A stretch of DNA of 63,502 nt, the filler included, from Octopus bimaculoides (taxonomy: Eukaryota), in NCBI RefSeq assembly GCF_001194135.2. It is 5 parts of 5 records of this genome, joined end to end, with 100 filler letters (N's around TTAATTAATTAA, not from the genome) between each part and the next. Parts side by side here need not be neighbours in the genome. Positions count along the whole stretch, not along the records: positions 13,209 to 38,072 come from NC_068993.1; positions 38,173 to 42,930 come from NC_068982.1; positions 43,031 to 61,070 come from NC_068986.1; 2 more parts are not named here. One strand, given 5' to 3'. The notes under the pieces are model-generated. The model had not been told where the DNA came from, did no database searches, and worked only from the letters and a program-made list of their open reading frames with translations. Each line of letters begins with the position of its first letter. Position 1 is the first letter of the stretch. Positions 37,046 to 50,315 of the stretch are shown here, piece by piece. The translations under genes and the position numbers were made by a program.

Positions 37046-38012
37046 ATTTGACTATACTATCGTGCAATGTGAAGCACAGTTGAGGTTCTTTCTTCTCCAT
37101 AGGCTTCTAGATTTGAACTAATACGGAAGTAAGTTCTATATATTCACGACAAGAAGACTGAAACAGAAAATACACTTTCTATAACCTTATACGAACAACG
37201 TTAAACGCAGTAAAACTAAACAAGCACGACAGTATTTCATTAAATCTCATTAATTACTTTCCACTACATAATATTTACTCTAGTTCTGTTTACTAGTCAC
37301 AACATAAGCTGCAGCTGTCTACTAAACTATTCCAGCATTATTAACGAACACCAATCAAAGTCATATTCTATTAGTACTGTATGTAAACACCGTATTATAA
37401 TGTCACCCAACTAAAAATATATGTTCAAAGAACGAAAAAAATTCTAACGTATTATGCAAAGATTAAAGTCGATAGAATCATGAACAGCTGCAGAAGCCTC
37501 TAATAACATAATTTTAAAAGAAAGGTGCACCAACACAACATTATGTTCTGACAATGCTCTGCACAAACAAATAAAAAACGCACATTTTGAGATTTATATA
37601 GCAAACATGACATCAACAAAATAATCATTTGTTTTATTTTATTTAATAATAATGTTTTCTTTAGATATATAAGCGGAATGTCTTTAGACTAATATAATAT
37701 ATTAATTAACAAATTGATCGTTGACAAATGGTATTTATATTAAAATCTAAGCAATTTATATTAAAGAGTAACATTATATAATTCATCATTCTATCCTGAC
37801 AATACAGCTGATGTTTGACGATTAACGCAAATCAATAAGCTGAATAAACTATCTTGTGAAAACTTCTAAATAGATTTACTGATATACTAGAAGGAAACGT
37901 GAACTAATTAGTTAAGGACATTCAACGAAGATAGTTTTGACAATGTTATATATACAAGCATACGTACATACATACATACATACATACATACATACATGCA
38001 CACACACACACA

Positions 38013-38072
<60 letters not shown>

Positions 38073-38172
38073 NNNNNNNNNNNNNNNNNNNNNNNNNNNN
38101 NNNNNNNNNNNNNNNNTTAATTAATTAANNNNNNNNNNNNNNNNNNNNNNNNNNNNNNNNNNNNNNNNNNNN

Positions 38173-38224
<52 letters not shown>

Positions 38225-39836
38225 GCATATATATAAACATATACATACACACACGCACAAATGCCTCCCCGCTGCGCGCACACACACGCACACACTCACA
38301 TATATATATAAATACATACATAAATACGTACGTAAATTTTGTAAGATGGGACCCATTGTTTGATTGTTTTGCACACAGAGATTTTGCATATATATATGTC
38401 AGAATACTTGCCATCTTGTGCTTGCTGAATATTTTGAATTTATATTGGCATTTCCACAACTAAAATCTAAATCGTTACTATTATTATATAGACGAATGGT
38501 GCCAAAATCGATGGTGTGTTTCCTTAGGCCTCTGCGTCCTCATTTCCAATACAACTGGGAATATATTTGGCCATATATACTTGTTAAAATGCTAGAAGTC
38601 ATTTTATTACAATAATATTCATCTACCGATAGGTTTCTATCACATTAAAGAGAATCTTCCTTTATAGCCTTCATAAATTAAAACTATCTCAACCCAAACG
38701 TCTATCATTTTGCGGAAATTACGAACAATCTCATTTATTAATCTGCTTAACTCACTAGATGAAATAAAAATCACAAGGCATTACACAAACAGACAGACAG
38801 TCAGATAGATAGATAAGTTCGTTACTTATGCACACAAATATATGTCCTTGTGTATACGTACAAAATTTTATTGTACCTTCGATGAAGAGGGCGGTCAGCA
38901 GCCATTACGATGAAATTCATTTTTACTGGATTTTGCACGAGATGAAGCTTTTCTACGATATACACTTTCTGAACACGTGTTGCCAAAGTCGATGTCATCC
39001 AAACATATAGTGGACGAAGTTCTTATACCTAGACTATTATTGGTATGTGACTTGCGATGATATTGGATATTGCCCAACGGAAATCCCACTGCTGGTCACT
39101 TGGAGAGAAGAACTAAAAAGAATCAAGTCTTGTTATAGGTTCTTCTGTTTTATTGTTTATCAATTGTTGGAAGAGATATTGATTAGTAAATAGTTTACGT
39201 CTGATGGTGTCTAAGAAACATCCTTTGCAAACTTGCGTTTTCGGGTTCAGTACCACTTCAGAACCCCTTCGGCCTGTTTCTTTAACTATAGTTTGTCTAG
39301 ATAGTGAACACGATAGAGAGAAACTGGAAAATATTTTGTGGAAGTCCGTCTTATATGTGTATATGTGTGAGAGAGAAAGAGTATGTGCATATAAGTCTGT
39401 GTTTTCTGCCTCCAGTTGACAACCAGTATTGATTTGTTTATGAAGCTTAGTGGTTCGGCAAAAGAACCGATCAAATAATTATCAGATTTTTAAAAAATGC
39501 TGGTATAGACGCAGACTTTCATGGCGGTATCCTAGCAATACACACACACACTCACACACACAGGTATATATATATATATATATATATATACCTGTGTGTG
39601 TGTGCGTGTATACAATTATAAATATACATATGTAAGTACATCATTATACATATGCTTAAAAACTCACACACACATATATATATGTATATGTGTTTGTATT
39701 AGCTTGCACACTCTCATACACACAAATACACACACACACTTACGCACACGCATATATACATATACACACGCATATATAAATGCTTGCTCAGTCGTATATG
39801 ATATATTTGCACATATCTGTATCTATGTTTTAGGAT

Positions 39837-39896
<60 letters not shown>

Positions 39897-40014
39897 NNNN
39901 NNNNNNNNNNNNNNNNNNNNNNNNNNNNNNNNNNNNNNNNNNNNNNNNNNNNNNNNNNNNNNNNNNNNNNNNNNNNNNNNNNNNNNNNNNNNNNNNNNNN
40001 NNNNNNNNNNNNNN

Positions 40015-40047
<33 letters not shown>

Positions 40048-40683
40048 AGGTGGGGAGACCGTGACCTCGACAAAAAATTCGACGGGTTTCGTAGATGAAT
40101 CTCATAGGAAAATGTTTCGCTTATGAACATCATCTCATCTGTTACATCGAATGAAACAAACTAGTAAAAACAACCTATGATAGTGTCGGCAGAGAGCTCA
40201 CTTCGATAAATATTCTATCAACTTTGCTGATTTTTCAAAGTTCGATTAAATTACTGATGCTTGTATGAACGCTGATAATATCCTCACGGTAACTTCTAAT
40301 CACATATATAGGTAGATATTGACACCCTTCCCAATTCTTTTGGCATCTCCATACATTTATCAATCACACGCCACTCAAACACTTCACACCATCCAAAGAA
40401 CTGAACTAAAGCAACGACAAAACTAGGCGTGCGAAAATGAGAATCTGTTTTTTTTTTAACGTTACAAACACAATCTCTACACCCGCGCACAGGCATACAC
40501 ACATGCAAATATATGTACACACAATCGTGTGCGCGCACAGACTTAGGGATACTCACATACTCACACACTGTCCAGGCTTTTACATACATTACCATTAAAA
40601 CATCGTGTCCAGAGGTGTTCTATACTTTATACAAAGCAGAAAGCTATGCATATGTGTGCTAAATATCCATCTACCTTGCTGGC

Positions 40684-40741
<58 letters not shown>

Positions 40742-40742
<1 letters not shown>

Positions 40743-40870
40743 TCGGCTCACGATCAGAACATGATGAGTTCGATTCCCGGCAGTACGTTTGTTCTTGATC
40801 ACGACACTTTATTTCACGTTCCTCACGCCCGCTCAGGTGGCAAAATCTTGCACAATGCTATGCAAGGCGC
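40742..40870 (+). mobile_element. SINE family B head, truncated
   Basis: ggctcacgatc..gagttcgattcccggc..ttgttcttga..cactttatttcacgtt. Confidence 0.65.
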
Positions 40871-41750
40871 GTCCGCAGTTATTGTCTTGCTGTCATCATA
40901 CAATGGAAATAGTCCTGCTGCTGGTTATACATCAGGAATTAAATAGTATCCGTCGATTTTGTATAAATAGGTAAATGATAGAAATTTGAATGAATGACGT
41001 TCTCTATTTAATATCACTACAATTGTTTCAACATGTTTTTACACCTTTAATACATTGATGAGTTATGTTATCATAGTCATACATCCAATGTGTAGGATGC
41101 ATCTCTTCAGATGATTGCTTAAATAAGCACTACATTTGATGATCTCGTCATTTTACGCAGTGTGATAATGCATAACCAAAGTGATGTGTCATTTTCAATA
41201 GTTTGCAAACAAAACTAAACGCATAGATATAGGGGCAGGCAAAATAAAATTACAATCAAAATAGAAAATACACGAATAGAAAAGAAATGGGTAAAGCTGG
41301 CTTTAAATTACCAATTTATCTTAATGGTCAGATTACAAGGAAGAAAGCTCTAAAGAGACGGAAGAATAAAATTAAGCATTTACAGATAATAAAGTGATAA
41401 AGTCGTGAAAGCTGACTATTTCAGTACTGACTATCAACTGCTTTTTGTCTCTTTTAAGGATCTAAATTACCCTCTGTCCCACGTGACACAACATCTCGCT
41501 CCATTCTAGACTCGAATGAACCTCTATTTAAAGTTAATTTATTTCCATCTACCTTTTATATGTCTTATTGAAACAATGAGAGAAAAAGTAATAAGCTAGT
41601 AGATATCATTACCCGCCCCGTATGCATATTTTTCCATATACCCACTTACAAGGTAGAGTGCATTGTTTTATACATCCTCCACACAGACATATATATATAT
41701 TTATATTTCTATATATACACGCATACATGCTTCTTGATAATATCCTTTCT

Positions 41751-41970
41751 GGGCGATGAGCTGGTAGAAACGTTAACATGCCGGCCGAAATGCTTAGCGG
41801 TATTTCGTCTGTCTTTATGTTCTGAGTTCAAATTCCGACGAGGTCAACTTTGCCTTTCATCCTTTCGGGGTCGATAAATTAAGTGCCAGTTGCGTACTGG
41901 GGTCGATCTAATCAACTGGTTCCCTCCCCCAAAATTTCGGTCCTTGTGCCTAGAGTAGAAAGGAATAATA
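41751..41970 (+). mobile_element. SINE family C, full length
   Basis: ggcgatgagctggtagaaacgttaac..gagttcaaattccgacgaggtcaactttgcctttcatcctttcggggtcgataaattaagtgccagtt..ccttgtgcctagagtagaaagg. Confidence 0.93.
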
Positions 41971-42249
41971 TTCTTTCTAACTGAATCATTTATATCACTA
42001 TATGCATGTTGGGTTGAAAGCCTAATCAACATACAATGTAGTGTGTAGATTTCTATGTACACACACATGTATCTATACACAAATGTATGTATATACAAAG
42101 ACGCATACACATGTATTCTTCTATACATGCTGATATGTATATATAAATACATCTTACATCCATTCTAACTATTATGTAACCAGGAAAGAAAATAGCATTA
42201 TAAAGTAAAATGAAATATATATACAAGCACATCTATACACTTCTAATAA

Positions 42250-42284
<35 letters not shown>

Positions 42285-43097
42285 CACATATACATTTCTA
42301 ATATAATACTTGTTTCTAAAGACGCAAATAAAGAAGGTAAAATAAAGAATGAAAAATACATGCATATATGTATTTTATATGTATATATGCACACTTGTTA
42401 CATGCATTCGTCCAAAATGTTTATAAGAAACAAAACAAAACAGATATAGATAATACAATATGATACAGTTAAACAGAATAAAACGTAATATGAGAACATA
42501 AAAAGTTTAGAGTGATATAATACAATATACAAGTAAAACAACTGGACACAACACCTTACATCACGGCTCCTTTTTCCTCAATTGCGGAATTACGTATATA
42601 TATATAAAAATTAAAAAAAATTAAAAAAAACGAAGAATATGTATTAATACCTAATTAGCATAGGTTGATAAATTAAATTAAATCACTAGCCTAATCATAT
42701 CTTATTGCGGATTAATTCATAATAATATTTTGTTTGTATTTTATTTCCATGTTTAATTTTATTTAATTTTATTTCTTATTTCATTTATTAATCCATTTAT
42801 AAGTTAATCCCTAATCATCGATACAAGTTCAAATTATACTAGTTCTATTCCGGCCTGCTTATATAATGTCTATTGGTACTTCTATTTATTTTATTTTATA
42901 ATATTATTTTTCTTCCTTATATATTAAATTNNNNNNNNNNNNNNNNNNNNNNNNNNNNNNNNNNNNNNNNNNNNTTAATTAATTAANNNNNNNNNNNNNN
43001 NNNNNNNNNNNNNNNNNNNNNNNNNNNNNNATATATGCGTCCGTATATGTAAGTATACTGTTTATATACATGTATTTGTATTTATGTACTGGAGTAT

Positions 43098-43159
43098 ATT
43101 CCACTGATGAAGGCAGAGCATTATTATTTATGCAAAGCCAGAAATCCAGGATTTGGAAT
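43098..43159 (+). ncRNA. Type I hammerhead ribozyme motif (Penelope-like minimal type), one core-adjacent mismatch
   Basis: Stem I ATTCCA (43098-43103)/TGGAAT (43154-43159); CTGATGA 43104-43110; stem II GGC/GCC plus GCAT/ATGC; GAAA 43141-43144; quasi-palindromic stem III TCCAGGA; NUH = ATT (43151-43153). Pair 10.1-11.1 is A/A. Confidence 0.65.
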
Positions 43160-43504
43160 TATCTTATTTTTACTGGTTCATTTGGTCTTCGTCTTCGCTA
43201 ATCGTGCCATGCGGACATTTATTGTGGTTTTAGAGTCAGGATTTGACTGCTATTTTTTCAGCGTGGTGGTATCTCTTGATACCCTGTATTATAATTTTAA
43301 ATAATTATTACCTTTGATGGTTTTTATTCCCATGCTGACCACTTGATAAGATCAATATTTTAAATATCGATCTTATCCTTATTTATATAAATATATATGT
43401 ATATATGGGTACATATATATTTGCATATACATAATACATACCTATACATATATATATACATATATGTGTATCTATCCATCTATCTGTCTATTTATCTCTA
43501 TCAC

Positions 43505-43507
43505 TCT

Positions 43508-43572
<65 letters not shown>
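43505..43572. repeat. (TCTA)n tetranucleotide microsatellite
   Basis: Direct. Confidence 0.97.
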
Positions 43573-43573
<1 letters not shown>

Positions 43574-44187
43574 GTTTGTCTATCTCTCTGTCAGCATGTA
43601 TAATGTATATATAATAATAATAATAGAGGAAATTTCTTCACCAGTTGTGGTGGCATTGCTAAATACGTATTTCTGCCACCCTGGGCTCCGTCAGTAGCAA
43701 GTATCTACTGGCATCAATACGCAGTTAGCATTGTCACCACCGTAGCTGAACGATTTTCATCTGCATCTGATATATATTTCTGTTTATTAAAATTCTACGT
43801 TTATAAGAGATGCTACTTCAATACGAATATATAAGTGTGTATGTATATATGTATATAAAACACGTGTATATACCAATTTATGGTCGCCACCAATGAAGGA
43901 AACACATAAAAGAACGAGTTAGTTTTTAAGAAACCCACATTTTTGGGGACCTAAATGTTGGGGACCTAAACTTATTGAACGTAAACTTTTGAAGAGGGCA
44001 ATCCTATGGGAACGGACCTTGAAGGAAAAGGACCACATTATCCAACTTGTGCGTTTGAACCGAACAAGGTGAGATTTGAGAGCGATTTAGTTGTTATGTC
44101 TAGCATGCCGTGTGATGTATGCCATGCTTGTATGTTATCTTTTTTTGTAGAAAGCCTTAAGTCAGATCATAATGGAGCAAGCCTACA

Positions 44188-44290
<103 letters not shown>

Positions 44291-44799
44291 ATGCACGTCA
44301 GTGCGTGTGAGTGTGAATGTGTGGTGTTTTCTGTTAGCGTCCATTTATCGAAAACATATACTACATTAGATTCTACGATTCTAAAACGGTAACCATGATT
44401 GTACGGAAATACCATATTCAATATATTAACACAAAAATAGCAATGTTTCATATTCCAAACATATTTATATGACATCAATTCCTCCTGGCCAAAGTTCCAT
44501 TCACCAAAGTGAATAGAAATGGACGCCTTCTTCTAGATGTTATCAATAACAATATACATATAAAACGATTTATGCAGTTTAATGTACTCATAAGTAAACG
44601 ATTATTAATATGAACTCAGTTGCACCAAGACAAAGTCAGTGTATTTAAGCTTGTTTTTGCCACATTGCAGGAAATAGTGTTTATTACTTCGAACTAATGA
44701 CCTCTTTTAACTGCAATTATTTGTCTACTGTTTAATCAAGGGTGGAAGATGCATAATGCCGAAGGAACCATGTAGTTCTTTCCGGTCTGACTATTCTTT

Positions 44800-45122
44800 A
44801 ATTTGTTTCAGTCATTTGACTACGGCCACGCTGGAGCACCGCCTTTAGTCTAGTAAAACGCCCCCCAGGACTTATCCTTTGTAAGCCTAGTACTTATTCT
44901 ATCGGTCACTTTTGCCGAACAGCTAAGCAACGGGGACGTAAATACACCAGCATCGGTTGTCAAGTGATGTTGGGAGGTCAAACACACACACAGTCACACA
45001 GACAGACAGACAGACAGACAGACACACACACGCACACACATATATATGAATGGACAAAGAAAAACATGAAATGAAGTATCTTGCTCAAGAACATAATGTA
45101 CTAATCGATCCCGGAATCGAAA
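44800..45122 (-). mobile_element. SINE family A tail (about 44800-45050) adjacent to a family B head fragment (about 45055-45122)
   Basis: tttcagtcatttgactacggccacgctggagcaccgcc.. then RC of ttcgattcc..ttatgttcttgagcaagatacttcatttca. Confidence 0.85.
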
Positions 45123-45503
45123 NNNNNNNNNNNNNNNNNNNNNNNNNNNNNNNNNNNNNNNNNNNNNNNNNNNNNNNNNNNNNNNNNNNNNNNNNNNNNN
45201 NNNNNNNNNNNNNNNNNNNNNNNNNNNNNNNNNNNNNNNNNNNNNNNNNNNNNNNNNNNNNNNNNNNNNNNNNNNNNNNNNNNNNNNNNNNNNNNNNNNN
45301 NNNNNNNNNNNNNNNNNNNNNNNNNNNNNNNNNNNNNNNNNNNNNNNNNNNNNNNNNNNNNNNNNNNNNNNNNNNNNNNNNNNNNNNNNNNNNNNNNNNN
45401 NNNNNNNNNNNNNNNNNNNNNNNNNNNNNNNNNNNNNNNNNNNNNNNNNNNNNNNNNNNNNNNNNNNNNNNNNNNNNNNNNNNNNNNNNNNNNNNNNNNN
45501 NNN

Positions 45504-45900
45504 NCACCACCACCACCACCACTACTACTACCACCACCACCATCACTGCCAGCACCAGCACCAGCACCATCAGCACCACCACGTCTACCACTACTAACCC
45601 CTCTCCATTGCCACCTCCCCACCCTACCCCACCGCTACAACCACTCCTATCCCACTGTTATACTATATCAATGCCCAACCCCCAACACACTTTCTTTTCC
45701 GTGATTTTAACAATTTAGACTTTCCGTTAGCAGCTGTGACCGGCAATACACCGATTCACTGGGCAAATATAGCACCACTACAACAACTACCAATACTACA
45801 ATACTACAATCACCACTACTTCAACTACACATACAACAACCACCGCCGGCACCACCGCCACCAATACCACAACGTGTGTGCTGTGTCGTTTTTTCTAGAT
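45504..45900. repeat. Degenerate (ACC/ACT/AGC)n low-complexity tract
   Basis: Direct. Confidence 0.85.
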
Positions 45901-46209
45901 GTACTAAAAATAGCAGTCATACCATCCTCAAAACTCACACCCTGGTGTCTTAAAATAAATGCTTTTCATCATGACTCTACTCGATCATGTTTGACGTGTG
46001 GTTAAAAACATCATAAATGCCACAAACTGACACTCCCAGAATTACCATCATCTTCCCTACACCCCTACCACGACTACCACCGTGGACACCAACAAACACT
46101 AACATGCTCATCTTAATTTCCTCCCAAATAGCTCATACACCCTCCCTCCACACACACACACACACACATACATATGATATATATATATATATGTATGATA
46201 TGTATGATG

Positions 46210-46261
<52 letters not shown>

Positions 46262-46270
46262 GTAGTATAT

Positions 46271-46645
46271 AGGCGCAGGAGTAGCTGTGTCGTAAGAAGC
46301 TTGCTTCCCAACCACATGGTGCCAGGTTCGGTCCCACTTTGTAGTACCTTGGCCAAGTGTCCTCTATTATAGCTTCAGGGCGACCAAAGCCTTGTGAGTG
46401 GATTTGGTAGACGGAAACTGAAAGAAGCCTGTCGTATACATATATATGTATTTGTGTGTCTGTGTATGTATGTATTTGTTGGCGTGTTTACGTCCCCGTA
46501 ACTTAGCGGCTCGGCAAAATATACCGACGTTATAACTACTAGGCTTACAAAGAATAAGTCCTTCGGTCGATTTCTTCGACTAACTAAAGGTGGTGCTCCA
46601 GCATGGCTGCAGTGAAATCACTGAAACAAGTAAAGAATAAAAAAA
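46271..46645 (+). mobile_element. SINE family A, full length
   Basis: tRNA-like A box (tagctgtgtcgtaa) and B box (ggttcggtccc), then accttggccaagtg (CORE-like start), internal (TA/TG)n and tail ..catggctgcagtgaaatcactgaaacaag. Confidence 0.95.
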
Positions 46646-46714
46646 TAAAACAATACATATATGTATACGTGTGTGTGTGTTTGTGTGTGTGTGTGCGTGT
46701 GTGTGTATATATAT

Positions 46715-46911
46715 AAAAATGGAACAAAAACACAATAGAGGACATTAAAACATTCGGACAGATAGAAGATACAAAGGCCGACAAGAGAAACAATTAGAAG
46801 GACAGGCAAAAAAAAGACAGGTCATTCTTGGCTTTCTTTAACAGTCAAGTACCAGAAGTTACGACCATTTCGGACAGTTACACTTGGGATGGTTCAATCT
46901 GATTGCCCCCC
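46715..46911. repeat. Second copy of the 21912-22055 repeat, cut by a gap
   Basis: Alignment by eye; see the entry for 21912. Confidence 0.75.
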
Positions 46912-47244
46912 NNNNNNNNNNNNNNNNNNNNNNNNNNNNNNNNNNNNNNNNNNNNNNNNNNNNNNNNNNNNNNNNNNNNNNNNNNNNNNNNNNNNNNNNN
47001 NNNNNNNNNNNNNNNNNNNNNNNNNNNNNNNNNNNNNNNNNNNNNNNNNNNNNNNNNNNNNNNNNNNNNNNNNNNNNNNNNNNNNNNNNNNNNNNNNNNN
47101 NNNNNNNNNNNNNNNNNNNNNNNNNNNNNNNNNNNNNNNNNNNNNNNNNNNNNNNNNNNNNNNNNNNNNNNNNNNNNNNNNNNNNNNNNNNNNNNNNNNN
47201 NNNNNNNNNNTATAGAAAGAGAGAGAGTGAGAGAGAGAGAGATG

Positions 47245-47277
<33 letters not shown>

Positions 47278-47726
47278 GGTTTTCCGTGGTTTTCACGATA
47301 AGGATTCAATCTTTTTTTAAATAAAAAGAATAACCAAATAAATGATTGAGTATTTCACACAATCATGTATCTTTCACGTAATTTTCAAGCAGAATGAACG
47401 TCACCAGGTCGGAGTTTTGAATTACAGCTACAATCCATCCGAAGAGCTTCTATACAGTTTCAGTGAACCCAGGGTCACTGACAAAATATGGGGCAATCCG
47501 ACAGCAATGAAAATGACATTTTTTCAAGGTGACATTGAACTCAGTGAGTCATGTTTGAGCAGAAGTGCATTGCATCAGTAAAATAACTTTGGTTAAAAGC
47601 CTTAATTACTGGAATTACGTCTAAAATCTCTGTCTCTCTATTCTCTTGAACGCTGAAGAGAGTGATATACCACCACATACGTATAGAAAATCCAGGAGGG
47701 GCATGCTCTAAAGTGGAGGTGCTAGC

Positions 47727-47975
47727 GGAGGCGCGTGGCTTAGTGATTAGAGTGTTGGACTCATGATCGTAAGATTATGGTTTCAATTCCTGGACCGGGT
47801 GATGCGTTTTGTTCTTGAGCAAAACTCGTCATTTCACGTTGCTCCAGTCCACTCAGCTGGCAAAAATGAGTAGTCCTGTAACAGATCAGCGTCTCGTCCA
47901 TGTGGTGAATTTATACGCCATGGGAACCGGGAAACCTTATGAGTCAGCATGACTCGAGAAGGTAACTTTACCTTC
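47727..47975 (+). mobile_element. SINE family B, tail type 1
   Basis: ggaggcgcgtggcttagtgattagag (A box)..ggtttcaattcc (B box)..ttgttcttgagcaaaac..gctccagtccactcagctggc..cgtcca..gaaacc..gagaaggtaacttta. Confidence 0.9.
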
Positions 47976-48009
47976 ATTATGTTCTAAACTTCAGCAGTAG
48001 AGAGAATGT

Positions 48010-48295
48010 TAATGTACGAACTTTTAGATACTGCCAGCTTCTAAATATACCATCTTCGAAATCAAGATCAAAGATATTCTATTGTACCAGTCTGATATTT
48101 AGAGGACCTCAGTTGTTCAAGTGCATACCTAATGACATAAGAAATATAGAAGAGATATTCAATAAAAAATTAAAAATAAACCGAAATGACAAAGGATAAA
48201 CTCTTAACGACAACACCGGACCAGCTAACAGATCAAGGATACATTCGGGGAAGATCAGCTGTTACAAACTCAATCATAGACTAATTTCAAGTCAG
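48010..48295 (+). mobile_element. Decayed CR1/L2-group LINE 3' end
   Basis: SLIFRGPQLFKCIP..IRNI..DKLLTTTPDQ..RSAVTNSIID* resembles CR1/L2-group RT C-termini (FRGP.LFN..P..D.FL..IPD..NSL). Confidence 0.6.
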
Positions 48296-48389
48296 AAAAC
48301 GTTAACAAAACTGAAAGGAAATAAATTAAAACTGTGCTCCAGCATGGCCGCAGTTCTATAGCTGAAACCATTAAAAAATAAAAGAAGAG

Positions 48390-48600
48390 GCACACCTGCT
48401 AATTCTGTCGTTTGAGCATCCACTTGTTCGATCGAATGGACGACCTCCTCATTGAATTAGCGAGGGGAGGAGCTCAATATTTCACAGACACGAGTACCAT
48501 GAACGGAATTTTCAAACAAAATCAGTGTGACACAGTGTGACACAGTGTGACGCAGTGTGACACGGCTGAACCGTTGAATTACAAGTACACCGATTCTAAA
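48390..48600 (-). mobile_element. Diverged SINE family B tail type 2 containing a 10-bp tandem (CAGTGTGACA x4, 48523-48562)
   Basis: RC aligns loosely to about 59830-60015. Confidence 0.55.
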
Positions 48601-48979
48601 AAGTTTCCGTCAACGTCAAACGCTTGGGTGGTAAAATATACAATATAAGAATCGAGGCATGGGATTAGGAAATTAATTTTGCTGCATTGTAAACGCCTGG
48701 ATTATATTTCTTAATTCCTTTACTAAATATGTATTCGTATAACTTTTTTTTACGAAACTGTTCAAATTTGAAATCACTTCTCTGTCGTAGTACAGGATGG
48801 GTGTACTGTGACATCATTATACCACAAAGATTTGCCGACATTTAACCGTGAAATTTGAAGCTTTAAGCTAACAAACGTAAAAGGAAATTTCCTTGTTTTA
48901 GATCAAAATTTGAAACCAGGAGAAATTTGATAAGTCATTTTTCGAAAATGCTCAAATGCAAATATAACAAAAAATAATA

Positions 48980-49196
48980 CTTTCTACTGGAGGAACAAGG
49001 TCTCAGATTTGTGGGATGGGGACCAGTCATTTATATCGACCCCGCTGTTTCACTAGTATTTAATTTATCGACCCCAAAAAGAAAAAAAATGGAAAAGACA
49101 ACTTCAGAGGAATTTGAACTCAGAACGTTGTGGCTGGCGAATTACCGCTGAGTATTGCGACCAGCGCGCTAACGATTCTGCCAGCTCGCCGCCTTA
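48980..49196 (-). mobile_element. SINE family C, full length
   Basis: Ends ..gctaacgattctgccagctcgccgcctt (RC of the family C head). Confidence 0.9.
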
Positions 49197-49419
49197 AATG
49201 TTACGATAATTAATATCTTGTAACACACAGCATTGGGATCACTGCTATTTGGTCAACGACAGGCACATAGTTCGAATCTCATGGGTTACTGTGTCCAACT
49301 TTTCCGGGTAAATGACTTTTTATTTCATTTACTGAGAACTAACAAATTGTATTTTCATTGGGCAACTTCGAAAGAGGCCATTATTTTCAAATTTCTCTAT
49401 TCTTTAAAAATGCGATCTA

Positions 49420-49458
49420 AAAGATACATACATACATACATATACATACACACACACA

Positions 49459-49495
<37 letters not shown>

Positions 49496-49499
49496 ACAG

Positions 49500-49580
<81 letters not shown>

Positions 49581-49730
49581 CTATATATATAGTATATAAA
49601 TATATATATGTATATATATACATACATACATATATATATATATATATGTGTATATATATATATACATATATATACATACATAAACATACGTATATACTTT
49701 ATATATATATATAGATATATATATATGTAT
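49420..49730. repeat. Compound (CA)n(TA)n microsatellite
   Basis: Direct. Confidence 0.95.
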
Positions 49731-50315
49731 GGGAGGGGGAGCGTACGTTCATATATTCGCATACATTGTCGGACACCAAATGTGCACGTAGGCATTTGTG
49801 TCTGTGGGAATGAATATGTATGCACTAAGAGGCTTTAAGATAATGAGTGTTTATATACAACATGCATTATATATCGTTAGATGCTTCCGAGAACACGCAC
49901 AAACACACACACACACACACACACATATACGCACACACCCACACTCACAGACACATACATGCGCAAAAACGCACACACATACAGATAAATAGATATACAT
50001 TTGTATTTATGTGTATGTGTCGTAGAATGCTTTTAATGATTGTACATCAATTAGTTTGTTCAATAATTACACCACTTACACCACAATCACTGAGCTCACA
50101 TCCCTATATCTGTTCCTCTCTGTCTTTCTCTCTCTCTCTTCCCCCTCCTCCTCCTCTCTCTCTCTCTCTCTATTTCTATCAAACTAACTATCTGTCTTTC
50201 CTATATTTACTCGTGGAGAATGTGAAAAATTCAACACACTTTCAGAACCAAATTGGAATGGAGTGGTAGTATAAAAACACCTAGTATAAAAAAATATTAG
50301 ACTATATGTTTAACT

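Noticed and set aside
38877-39098. 222-bp minus-strand segment with a strong acceptor (ttcttctctccAG) and a GT donor
   Set aside because: All three frames contain stops within the putative exon and the donor (GTACAA) is weak; it cannot be supported as coding, although a UTR exon is not excluded.
40112-40148. Minus-strand hammerhead-like motif CAGATGA..CGAAAC
   Set aside because: Core U4 is mutated and stems I and III do not pair; too decayed to call.
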